This document shows positions 18,579 to 26,016 of a stretch of 56,405 bases of DNA, piece after piece. The notes beneath the pieces were generated by a model. It saw only the letters and a program-made list of their open reading frames with translations. It had not been told where the DNA came from and searched no databases. Source of the DNA: a virus (lineage: Duplodnaviria > Caudoviricetes); IMG/VR virus record IMGVR_UViG_3300017751_000019, positions 1 to 56,405 of that record, one strand, 5' to 3'. Position numbers and translations under genes: made by a program. Within the stretch, counting starts at the first letter, position 1; each line of letters opens with the position of its first letter.

Positions 18579-19598
18579 ATGTTGCAGTTGAAGAGACGTG
18601 GAAAGACGTGGTACGTCACTGGTTTTTACGAGGGCAAGCGCATCAGGGTTAGTGCGAAAACTGATGATCAGATGGAAGCCCAGAGAGTGAGACTGCGCAT
18701 AGAGAATGAGTTGATCAATGGCAATTCTGCTGATGCCTCAACGAAGGAGGGAGAGGTATTTAGTTTTGCGATGGCAAGCTACCTAAAGAGGAGAGAGTTT
18801 ACCAGCGAGAGCACCTTGCGTTATCTGAATATGTTTAATGAGATGTGGGGTGAAGTGCCACTGCTTAAAATGGATCAGCATTTTATTGCTGAGTATATCG
18901 ATGTCCGATATACGGAGGTTCAAAGCGCAACGATACGGCGAGAGGTTAATGCGCTGATGCCAGTGTTGCGTCATGCTAAAAAGCGTGGGTTGATAACGAT
19001 GGTGCCAGATGTTGATCGACCTGCTGATGGAGAGCCAAGGACGAGGTGTCTTGACCAAGAAGAGTTGGCGGCATTCAATGGACAATGTGGTGACCCTAAT
19101 GGCAGTGGAATTACAGCAAGATATTGCATGACGTGCTTCTTGTTAGCGACTGGTGCTCGGATAGGTGAGGCTGTTGCGTTGAGTTGGGATGATGTGGAGT
19201 TGGATGTTGATCAGCCTTTTGTCACCCTTCATACCCGCAAAACCAAAGGCCAGAAGAAGGTGGCCAGACGTGTGCCTTTGCACGAAAATATGCAAGACCT
19301 GATGATCCAATGGCGATCAACTCAAGCCAGAAGTAAAAAGGTGTGGAGTGCTTGGCAGGATAGCCGAGGTGCAGGCAAGGCAGTCAAAAGCCTAATGAGT
19401 TTGGTTGGGATAAAAGATTTCCAGCCCCATGATTTGAGGCGCACCTTTGCCACTGAGTTACTCAAGAATGGTGTGAGAGAAAGAGTGGTCGCTGACCTGT
19501 TGGGTCACAGTAGTTTGGCTATGGTCATGCGCTACATGATCCCGCCTGACTCCACCAAGGTGGACGCGATAGCTAGTTTGTATCAACGTAGTGCGTGA
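18579..19598 (+). CDS. int: Tyrosine integrase
   Basis: TGARIGE (R), TRKTK (K), HDLRRT (HxxR), LLGHS (H), MRY (Y); N-terminal arm-binding-like domain. Confidence 0.95.
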   Translation: MLQLKRRGKTWYVTGFYEGKRIRVSAKTDDQMEAQRVRLRIENELINGNSADASTKEGEVFSFAMASYLKRREFTSESTLRYLNMFNEMWGEVPLLKMDQHFIAEYIDVRYTEVQSATIRREVNALMPVLRHAKKRGLITMVPDVDRPADGEPRTRCLDQEELAAFNGQCGDPNGSGITARYCMTCFLLATGARIGEAVALSWDDVELDVDQPFVTLHTRKTKGQKKVARRVPLHENMQDLMIQWRSTQARSKKVWSAWQDSRGAGKAVKSLMSLVGIKDFQPHDLRRTFATELLKNGVRERVVADLLGHSSLAMVMRYMIPPDSTKVDAIASLYQRSA

Positions 19599-19666
19599 CA
19601 CACACGCTATTAGGTGTCGAAAGCGTGGTCACACACAACGAATGAAGAAGTAAACTGAATTACAAA

Positions 19667-19695
19667 TTGAAAACCAATAAGAGAGGCAATACAAT
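19667..19695 (+). promoter_or_regulatory. Sigma70 promoter with GC-rich discriminator in front of the tRNA fragment
   Basis: TTGAAA-N17-TACAAT followed by GCACGCG; ends 14 nt before the tRNA 5' end. Confidence 0.8.
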
Positions 19696-19709
19696 GCACG
19701 CGAATCAAA

Positions 19710-19750
19710 GGAGAAGTGGCCGAGTGGCTGAAGGCGCGCCCCTGCTAAGG
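19710..19750 (+). mobile_element. Putative attP core: 5' half of tRNA-Ser(GCT)
   Basis: GGAGAAGTGGCCGAGTGGCTGAAGGCGCGCCCCTGCTAAGG = acceptor 5' strand, D arm and anticodon loop CTGCTAA; no T arm or 3' strand follows; about 110 bp after int. Confidence 0.85.
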
Positions 19751-20004
19751 ATTGAGAAGGCACGGGGAACGCTATTTGAGAGACTTCTGACACCTTTTAG
19801 ACGTATCAGGGTGGCACTGGTTGACTGGAATAACCCCGTAATAGTTATCGCAAGTCCCAATATGTCACTTATGACACACACATATGACACCTTAATCTGC
19901 ACTTTAACGACCAACATTAAGGCCATGCCTCAAGGTCGTGAACATGATGAACTCGAAGAGGTGCGGGATTTAATTGAAGGGTTTAAAGAGGCTTACATTG
20001 CGTC

Positions 20005-20763
20005 TCAAAAATAGACACCGATAGTATTTGTGTCCAACAAAAGAGCCCCGTGTCCCTGTAAAGTGATGCGGGGTTTTTCTTTGGAGGGCATGTGATCCGA
20101 TGCGATCCGGTGGGGAAACCTGCCGTCATGTATATAGAGATGTCCTATCTCGTAGGGTAAGTATGTTCTTTGCGTTGCCCCGTTTTCCCAATAATCAAGT
20201 CCGCCCTTTCCGTCAGGTAATTCTAGTGCCAGTGTGTAGCTGAATGGGTTCGCGAATGGCTCCGGCCAGAGTATGCGTTGGAAGGGTTCGTCCGTGTGTA
20301 TGTGGCCTCCATCTGGATGCTTGCCTGCATTCTCTCCGAAGATGTGGAAGCCTGTTAGTCCAGCCATAGGCAACTCGACAACTTTGTGGTTGAAGCATTT
20401 CTCTATGGCTTTGTAGACGAGATCGAGCAGGGGAGTGAAGTGCTTTGCGATGATAATGTTGTTCTCTTCTGCGACCTGATAGTAACTTGCGTGGCCATCA
20501 GATATGACGAGGTCGTTGTACGTGGACGCACCTATTGTATAGAAGGTTCCATCCCCCCTGCTGATCCAATGGGGACGTAAACGCTTCACGACTTCGGCGT
20601 AATGTTCGGATACTTTTTCGTTGAGGAGGGGGACGTCGATGATGTCGATGGAGTTTTTTGGGGACGCAGCGTGGCGAATGTTCTCTGCGATGTTTGCCCA
20701 TCTTGCTTCGTCCTCCGCCTCACTTTCTTTCGGGGGATGAAGGTACGTCACAGTTGCGGTCAT
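20005..20763 (-). CDS. 2OG-Fe(II) oxygenase-like protein
   Basis: HIHTD (HxD), SYTLALELP..KGGL, HDGRFPHRI...RITLQGH. Confidence 0.7.
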   Translation of the reverse strand: MTATVTYLHPPKESEAEDEARWANIAENIRHAASPKNSIDIIDVPLLNEKVSEHYAEVVKRLRPHWISRGDGTFYTIGASTYNDLVISDGHASYYQVAEENNIIIAKHFTPLLDLVYKAIEKCFNHKVVELPMAGLTGFHIFGENAGKHPDGGHIHTDEPFQRILWPEPFANPFSYTLALELPDGKGGLDYWENGATQRTYLPYEIGHLYIHDGRFPHRIASDHMPSKEKPRITLQGHGALLLDTNTIGVYF

Positions 20764-20764
20764 G

Positions 20765-21127
20765 TCAGTATGACCATAGAGCAGGTGATGCTTTACCCGC
20801 GCAATCGTCTAGGTGGATGAAGCGCGAGGACAAGCTACCCTTTTGGGCGACGCCGATTCGTTTGAAACCTTTTGCTCTCGCAGCGTCGATTAATTTCATA
20901 GCTCGTTCACCGTGGACAGCGATGTCTATGGCCCGCCCGGATTGGTGCGCCCCGGGGGAATTTTTTCGTTTTTCTATTGGGTGCTCGGCGCACCTGTAGC
21001 CAGAGGTGACGACGAATGGGAAGCCGAGTTCTTCTCTGAGTTCCTCGATGACGCCCATGAAGCTGTGGTCAATACCTTCTTCGCCACAGTGTTGGCAGGC
21101 TAATTCTTTTTCGGTGAAATACTTCAT
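20765..21127 (-). CDS. Endolysin, peptidase M15 family
   Basis: YFTEKELACQHCG, VTSGYRC..H, GAHQSGRAIDI, FIHLD. Confidence 0.9.
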   Translation of the reverse strand: MKYFTEKELACQHCGEEGIDHSFMGVIEELREELGFPFVVTSGYRCAEHPIEKRKNSPGAHQSGRAIDIAVHGERAMKLIDAARAKGFKRIGVAQKGSLSSRFIHLDDCAGKASPALWSY

Positions 21128-21128
21128 G

Positions 21129-21449
21129 TTATTTCCTTGTCATGTAGGCAGTCGCGCCAAAGAACATACCGATCACGGATGCCTGACTCAGGAATAGCAT
21201 GTCGGATAGGGCTGCTAGGGTTTCGAGGCGTGACTCGGGGACGAATGGCATGAGTGGGAGGAGGGCAAAGGTACACATAGATACCATTGCCACCCATGCC
21301 ATTCGTCTTTGACTGTCAGCTTTCTCTTCTTGCAGTTCTAGCTTGAGCATCTCTTGGTTACGCGCAATCTCTTGGTCGGTGACCGTGCCGTCCCCGTCGA
21401 GATCGTATTGAGCGAACCTGCTGTTGGGTTCAAGTTTCTTTGGGCTCAC
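21129..21449 (-). CDS. Membrane protein with EF-hand-like loop (lysis cassette)
   Basis: DLDGDGTVTDQE plus two hydrophobic helices; lies between holin and endolysin. Confidence 0.7.
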   Translation of the reverse strand: MSPKKLEPNSRFAQYDLDGDGTVTDQEIARNQEMLKLELQEEKADSQRRMAWVAMVSMCTFALLPLMPFVPESRLETLAALSDMLFLSQASVIGMFFGATAYMTRK

Positions 21450-21817
21450 TTGCCTACACCTTTCACGCGCTCGTAACTACGTCCACCAGAGAGGCCGAGC
21501 ATACCGAGGAGGATGGGCATCATGACCGAGGCATCTGCTTGTGGGATTGTGACGCCGAAGCCAGCGGCGAGAGGCGACACGAGGAAGTTTACGAATAGGG
21601 ATATGACACAAACATAACCGCATAAGGGTCGCCAAGATGATTGGAACCATCCGCCTTTAGCATCTTCCTTTAGGATTTCTATTTGCCCAAGCATGATTTC
21701 TTGATGATGTCGTTCTGACATCGTAGCTATCTGGTGGGCGAGTGCGGCCTTCTGATCTTTGTCCTCGATGAATTTATCGAGCAGCCCGGTGACCGGGCCA
21801 ATGAGTTGTGCGAGCAT
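21446..21817 (-). CDS. Holin, 3TM (GTA-type) family
   Basis: LIGPVTGLLDKFIEDKD, WFQSSWRPLCGY, LGMLGLSGGRSYE.VKGV; AGGAGG SD before ATG 21817. Confidence 0.8.
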   Translation of the reverse strand: MLAQLIGPVTGLLDKFIEDKDQKAALAHQIATMSERHHQEIMLGQIEILKEDAKGGWFQSSWRPLCGYVCVISLFVNFLVSPLAAGFGVTIPQADASVMMPILLGMLGLSGGRSYERVKGVGK

Positions 21818-21836
21818 AATGTTACCTCCTGATACC

Positions 21837-21868
21837 ATTATTCATGGGGAGGACAAGCACTGTCGTCC
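21837..21868 (-). promoter_or_regulatory. Late promoter motif upstream of holin
   Basis: GGACGAC-N19-AATAAT. Confidence 0.7.
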
Positions 21869-22326
21869 TAGCTGTTGTTGATGATTAGGCTGAATACGAA
21901 GAAGATAATCATGATGCCAAGGAGACTGGCACCAATACCGACGGACACTTGGAGATAGAAATCTATTCTGTCTTGGCGTGCTCTAGCGGCATCAATGGCT
22001 TCCTGCTTGCGACGCTTTCTTGCTTCGCCTCTCATGCGAATGAGTTCATTCCACGCATCGGCACCACGAGTATACATAATGAGTTCACGTAGCTCGTCCT
22101 CCATCTCCCGAGCTTTGGTTTTGGCAATGAATTCGTCCATTGCTTCTTCCTCGGCAGAGCCGAAGACTTTCTTTTTGCCTTTCGCTTTTGAGTATTGGGA
22201 GTTGATCTGGTCGGTGGCTGCCCATAGTTTTCCAACCTCACCCATGAGGTCTTGTACTTCTCGTCCTGCGGACACGCCAGCTTTGATCGCACCGAATGCG
22301 CCAACTGCTATTGATAAGGGGTCGAT
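21868..22326 (-). CDS. Membrane-anchored coiled-coil protein; start probably ATC at 22326
   Basis: Frame stays open upstream of the GTG at 22275 (IDPLSIAVGAFGAIKAG); GAGAGGG SD 7 nt before the ATC; C-terminal TM helix. Confidence 0.65.
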   Translation of the reverse strand: MDPLSIAVGAFGAIKAGVSAGREVQDLMGEVGKLWAATDQINSQYSKAKGKKKVFGSAEEEAMDEFIAKTKAREMEDELRELIMYTRGADAWNELIRMRGEARKRRKQEAIDAARARQDRIDFYLQVSVGIGASLLGIMIIFFVFSLIINNS

Positions 22327-22330
22327 GTTA

Positions 22331-22534
22331 CTACCCTCTCTTCCAGCTTATTCTCTTGCTGGATGTTTTCTTTTTAGCAGCGGAGGTGCATTGAGCTTTG
22401 GTGGGACGACATGCGGGATAGCCTTTACGCTTCTCACCTTTCTTTCGTCCACACGGCTTCCCGGTCTTGCAATCTACCCAGCCCTTGCCGCCGTTCTGAG
22501 CGAACCACTTCTTGAGAGAATTACTTTTTGCCAC
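22331..22534 (-). CDS. Small basic Cys-containing protein (DUF5872-like)
   Basis: SLKKWF..WVDCKTGKPCGR..YPACRP. Confidence 0.7.
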   Translation of the reverse strand: MAKSNSLKKWFAQNGGKGWVDCKTGKPCGRKKGEKRKGYPACRPTKAQCTSAAKKKTSSKRISWKRG

Positions 22535-22676
22535 GCTTCTTATTCCCCCAGTTCTTAGCGCCTACCTTCCGGCACTTAACAAGTGCTCCACTAGCATAAG
22601 CTGATGGCCATACCTTGTAGCGAGACTTCACCTTGCTGTAGCAGGCGTCCTTCTTTGTTTTACTTTTTGCGGCCAC
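22521..22676 (-). CDS. Small basic protein, 51 aa (not in ORF track)
   Basis: MAAKSKTKKDACYSKVKSRYKVWPSAYASGALVKCRKVGAKNWGNKKRGKK; GGAGG SD, GTG start; motif recalled from marine phage proteins. Confidence 0.8.
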   Translation of the reverse strand: MAAKSKTKKDACYSKVKSRYKVWPSAYASGALVKCRKVGAKNWGNKKRGKK

Positions 22677-22782
22677 GACTACCTCCCGTGCGCTTTTCCG
22701 TACATGGACAAGGCTTGTGCTTCATATTCGCTGAACGTGTGCGCCGCCCTAGCGGGCGCACACTCTTAGATTTCTTTACCAC
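22660..22782 (-). CDS. Small basic protein, 40 aa (not in ORF track)
   Basis: MVKKSKSVRPLGRRTRSANMKHKPCPCTEKRTGGSRGRKK; fills the gap and overlaps both neighbours. Confidence 0.5.
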   Translation of the reverse strand: MVKKSKSVRPLGRRTRSANMKHKPCPCTEKRTGGSRGRKK

Positions 22783-23033
22783 GCCTTGCATGACCAGTAC
22801 CTCGCTTTGGTTTTAGGGCCGGGGGACGAGCAGTTATGGCGAGCCCGGAAAGATTTCTTGCGGGCCGGGATGTGTTTCTTGATGGTCATGTTCTTGTCCC
22901 CGAAGCGAACGACCTTAACTGAGCTACCGTCCTTCACGCAGACAGCAGACTTCTTGGGGCCACTTGGGGTTTTGAAAGGTTTGTTGAGGCTCTTGCCTTT
23001 GCAGGCGGAGGACACTCGCTTTTTGGCTGCCAT
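22776..23033 (-). CDS. Small basic conserved phage protein
   Basis: VKVVRFGDKNMTIKK..PARKKSFRARHNC..KTKARYWSCKAW; ACAGGAG SD. Confidence 0.8.
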   Translation of the reverse strand: MAAKKRVSSACKGKSLNKPFKTPSGPKKSAVCVKDGSSVKVVRFGDKNMTIKKHIPARKKSFRARHNCSSPGPKTKARYWSCKAW

Positions 23034-23056
23034 AATATTCTCCTGTGATATAGAAA

Positions 23057-23087
23057 ATACTACGCGCCAGAGGAGTTATGGTCGTCC
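23057..23087 (-). promoter_or_regulatory. Late promoter motif upstream of the basic-protein cluster
   Basis: GGACGAC-N18-TAGTAT. Confidence 0.7.
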
Positions 23088-23567
23088 GTGCTTTTTTTGG
23101 TGTCGTGTTATTGCCTTGCACCATTCGACCATTTCGTCCACGGTCATTGTGTGCTTCATTAGGTTAGCTATGAAGCAGACCAGATGGATGTTGTCCTTGG
23201 TGTAGCCTTTCTTGTTGTCTATCCTGTCGATGCTGACATTGGTGTAGACCGCTCCGTCGCCACGGGTGTGAGTCATAGGCTTGCCAGATAAAGCGCACTT
23301 ACCGGCCTGCTTCGTCCATTGCTCAAGGACGTCGAAAGAAGAGAGATGCCAGCCTTTAGTTGTTGATCTGGCTCTAGCTTGTACCATTGCCATGAGGAAT
23401 GGCCCGGGGTCTTCTTGATTGAACCTTGCTGCTTCGCGAAGTTGGTTACAAGGACGGCACTTGCCGTAGGGTTTGCCCTCCCTGTCACCAGCCGAAGCAC
23501 CGCGCAACCTAAATTGATTAAGAGGTTTCTGCCTCTTGCATCCGGGGCAGCGTTTTGTCTCCGACAT
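23076..23567 (-). CDS. His-Me finger (HNH-like) endonuclease with Zn ribbon
   Basis: CPGC..CRPC, Q.GKCALSG, SIDRIDNKKGYTKDNIHLVC..AN.MK. Confidence 0.75.
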   Translation of the reverse strand: MSETKRCPGCKRQKPLNQFRLRGASAGDREGKPYGKCRPCNQLREAARFNQEDPGPFLMAMVQARARSTTKGWHLSSFDVLEQWTKQAGKCALSGKPMTHTRGDGAVYTNVSIDRIDNKKGYTKDNIHLVCFIANLMKHTMTVDEMVEWCKAITRHQKKHGRP

Positions 23568-23570
23568 TAC

Positions 23571-23807
23571 TCAGTGCGCCGTCCTCTTGATGGACATCAT
23601 GTCAAAGACCTTGCCCTTCACGAGTTCTAAGTGGCCAAGGATACGGCTGGGATCATCCATTATGTCCTCGGACATACCTATGAATATGCCCTCAGAATCT
23701 TCGCTCATTACTCGAGCGAGGACGACTACGTTTTGGATGTCGCCTCCATTATCTTTAAGCTCAGTTACCATCTCTTCTAGTGTGTCAATGTAACATTCAT
23801 TGCTCAT
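23571..23807 (-). CDS. Hypothetical protein
   Basis: 78 aa, AGGAGAGG SD; GGACGAC-N19-CATACT lies just upstream at 23832-23863. Confidence 0.7.
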   Translation of the reverse strand: MSNECYIDTLEEMVTELKDNGGDIQNVVVLARVMSEDSEGIFIGMSEDIMDDPSRILGHLELVKGKVFDMMSIKRTAH

Positions 23808-24165
23808 GCTTAACCTCTCCTGTGAGGATTAAGTATGCGCGATAAATATCCTTCCAGTCGTCCAGCCTCATGATGACTAACGAATCTTTTGTATCGACAT
23901 TATTCTTGCGGGTGATTACTACTGGTGCGTCGGGGCATTGCCTTGCCTTAATGCCTCTCTCAGCCTGCTCCATTGCGGAGTAGACAGATGCCTTCTCTGT
24001 TCTCTTGGCCTCTACCCATACGTCAGGAGTGCCATACAGATCAGCCATCTGGATGTCACCAAAACCGCCGCCGCTCAACGGCGAGCGGTTGACGGGGATA
24101 CCAAGGTTATCGGTGAGATACTTAGCCAGTTCAACTTCGTATCCGTTACCTTTGCGGACACTCAC
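23797..24165 (-). CDS. PD-(D/E)XK nuclease, Holliday junction resolvase-like
   Basis: KGNGYEVELAKYL..R.PLSGG..ADL..VEAKR. Confidence 0.75.
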   Translation of the reverse strand: MSVRKGNGYEVELAKYLTDNLGIPVNRSPLSGGGFGDIQMADLYGTPDVWVEAKRTEKASVYSAMEQAERGIKARQCPDAPVVITRKNNVDTKDSLVIMRLDDWKDIYRAYLILTGEVKHEQ

Positions 24166-24458
24166 TCGTCCTCATAACCTCTATCGGCTCGGCACTTCTT
24201 GCAGTAGTACCAGTTTTTAGGGCGCAGCTCTGTGGACTTGCAGTCCATACAAGGACGCTCCCACATAGCTACCGTTACTTTGCGTGCAACAACATATTTA
24301 GCGCCTTCAAAATCACGTAGTCCTTCTCGGACTAGAATTCTTTTAAGAGTATCGACACACACATCTAATCTGCGTGCGGCTTCAGTAAGGGTAACTTGCG
24401 CGTGATGTTCAGTTAGCCAAGTCATGTTGTCGTCAGTGATCTCGACGACTCTAGGCAA
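24162..24458 (-). CDS. HTH plus Zn-ribbon protein, putative regulator
   Basis: TLTEAARRLDVCVDTLKRIL HTH; CMDC..CKKC; GGGAG SD with TTG start. Confidence 0.65.
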   Translation of the reverse strand: MPRVVEITDDNMTWLTEHHAQVTLTEAARRLDVCVDTLKRILVREGLRDFEGAKYVVARKVTVAMWERPCMDCKSTELRPKNWYYCKKCRADRGYEDE

Positions 24459-24494
24459 CTTAAAACTCTCCCATGTAAGTTAGTTGTGCTTTGC

Positions 24495-24579
24495 ATTGTA
24501 GCACTAAGGTGACACTTAGCAACAAATAACACACCTAAAGGTGTATAAAGTTGACATTTGGTTCGATTCATGATAATTT
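24495..24579. promoter_or_regulatory. Divergent sigma70 promoters with operator copy 2
   Basis: Minus strand TTGCTA-N16-TACAAT with extended -10 TG (24495-24522); operator ACACCTAAAGGTGT (24531-24544); plus strand TTGACA-N17-TAATTT (24551-24579). Confidence 0.7.
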
Positions 24580-24628
24580 AACGTCTGTGACTTAGTTAGA
24601 GTTACTTCAACTGATTTACTCCCCTATT

Positions 24629-24665
24629 AACCCTGCTCTGGCTGACGCCTCGCAGGGTTTTTTTT
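24629..24665 (+). terminator. Intrinsic terminator
   Basis: AACCCTGC..GGC-TGAC-GCC..GCAGGG followed by an 8-T run. Confidence 0.75.
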
Positions 24666-24691
24666 AAGTCTTAATTAAAGGTTTATTTAAA

Positions 24692-25153
24692 GTGACGTCA
24701 CAGACGATCCTCGGCTTAGACCTCGCATCCAAAACTGGTTGGGCTCACTCTAATGGTAACGGCGGGGTGATAGACCTACGCAATAAAGAAAAAGACTGGG
24801 GCCAGATGGCTGTTAAGTTTCACAGCAACCTGAGTTTCATTATTGAATCTGATAAACCTGACCGTATAATCTCTGAGCTTCCCCCTAACCGTTTACTCGG
24901 TGCCGCACGAATGATTCTCCTTGGCTTGCATTGGCAGGCGAGAGGGATTGCAAAAAGCTACGGCATTCCTTTCTCCAATGTAGCTGTCCCCACACTAAAG
25001 AAGTGGGCAACAGGATCAGGAAAGGCAGACAAGAAAGACATGATAAGAGCAGCTTGCGATCTCGGCTGGCAACAACCGCTCGATGACAACCATGCCGACG
25101 CCATCTTGATCTGCAAGTGGGGTGAAGAATGTTTCAAGGAGTCAAAAGAGTGA
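24692..25153 (+). CDS. RuvC-like (RNase H fold) resolvase
   Basis: ILGLDLASKTGWA, ISE, LKKWATGSGKADKKDM, DDNHADAILI. Confidence 0.85.
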   Translation: MTSQTILGLDLASKTGWAHSNGNGGVIDLRNKEKDWGQMAVKFHSNLSFIIESDKPDRIISELPPNRLLGAARMILLGLHWQARGIAKSYGIPFSNVAVPTLKKWATGSGKADKKDMIRAACDLGWQQPLDDNHADAILICKWGEECFKESKE

Positions 25154-25350
25154 CGATAGAATTAGAACCTATGGACGCAAGTCGCAAGGATAACTACACG
25201 GCAGATGATTGGAAGGCTTTGGGTAGGGCTTGGGCGGACAAGGAGCCAGAGTTAAAAGCTATGACCGATGAACTAAGGCGCGTGTTCCCCGGTTCTTACG
25301 TTACTTATATTGGGCCTAACCGTAATCTGAAAAAAACAGGCTTAGAGTAA
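25150..25350 (+). CDS. Hypothetical protein
   Basis: AAGGAG SD, GTGA overlap with the RuvC-like gene. Confidence 0.6.
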   Translation: MTIELEPMDASRKDNYTADDWKALGRAWADKEPELKAMTDELRRVFPGSYVTYIGPNRNLKKTGLE

Positions 25351-25837
25351 ACCTAAATGATGGTGCCGAGGACGAAGGCGGCCTAAGTGCATGAGGCACA
25401 TTCTTGTCCAGCCATAAAACTTGACCGGGAACAAACGGAATACAGGCGTGAATGTCCACGCCGTTGTCCTCATAGATTATTGTCTCGCCCGCCCAGTCTT
25501 GCTCCCAATCGTGATTAACGTAATACACAAGCGTGTGCTGATTAGGGTGGGCGTGAACAAAGTGGACGTTGTGGGGTGTCGTCAAGTTCACCCAGCATGA
25601 GTCTTGAGGACGACCCCCAATCAAATCCAATAGTCGCTTATCTTTTATCATCTGGAAAAACCCAAGCCGACTAACGTCCTCTTCACTGTAAGCGGAGCAA
25701 AGATACTTATGTCGCTCCGCCTTTGTGCCTTGTCTATCAGAATTGCCAATGTAATAGCGTGAGTTAATTACGAAATCAAACACGGATTGCTGATCAGCAA
25801 AAGACAAAGCATCGCGTATGGTAGTATAGCGGCTCAT
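25316..25837 (-). CDS. 2OG-Fe(II) oxygenase-like protein (HxH variant)
   Basis: VHAHP..TLVYYVN.DW...WAGET, FVPGQVLWLD..VPHALRPP..RFTL; ATGA-coupled start at 25837. Confidence 0.7.
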   Translation of the reverse strand: MSRYTTIRDALSFADQQSVFDFVINSRYYIGNSDRQGTKAERHKYLCSAYSEEDVSRLGFFQMIKDKRLLDLIGGRPQDSCWVNLTTPHNVHFVHAHPNQHTLVYYVNHDWEQDWAGETIIYEDNGVDIHACIPFVPGQVLWLDKNVPHALRPPSSSAPSFRFTLSLFFSDYG

Positions 25838-26016
25838 ACACGAGCCCTGTTGCCGCACCGAGGGCATGGTTTGATAATTACCTTGTGTCTGGGCTCGCAT
25901 TTACAATAGACCATGTTCTCTTCCTCGTCAGCAACATGGCTGAGATTGTACCCAGCCTTCGGTTGCAGAAACTTTTTAGGGTTAAGCTGTTTCAAGTCAC
26001 GATTAGTTAGCTTCAT
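25834..26016 (-). CDS. Small protein with Cys pairs
   Basis: 60 aa, CKC..CPRC; overlaps both neighbours. Confidence 0.5.
   Translation of the reverse strand: MKLTNRDLKQLNPKKFLQPKAGYNLSHVADEEENMVYCKCEPRHKVIIKPCPRCGNRARV

Noticed and set aside
19710-19800. Complete tRNA-Ser gene
   Set aside because: The anticodon stem is incomplete and there is no variable arm, TTCGA loop or 3' acceptor strand.
19667-20014. 115-aa ORF after the integrase
   Set aside because: Its TTG start is the -35 box and it runs through the tRNA fragment and arm repeats; at most the last ~47 codons could be a small gene.
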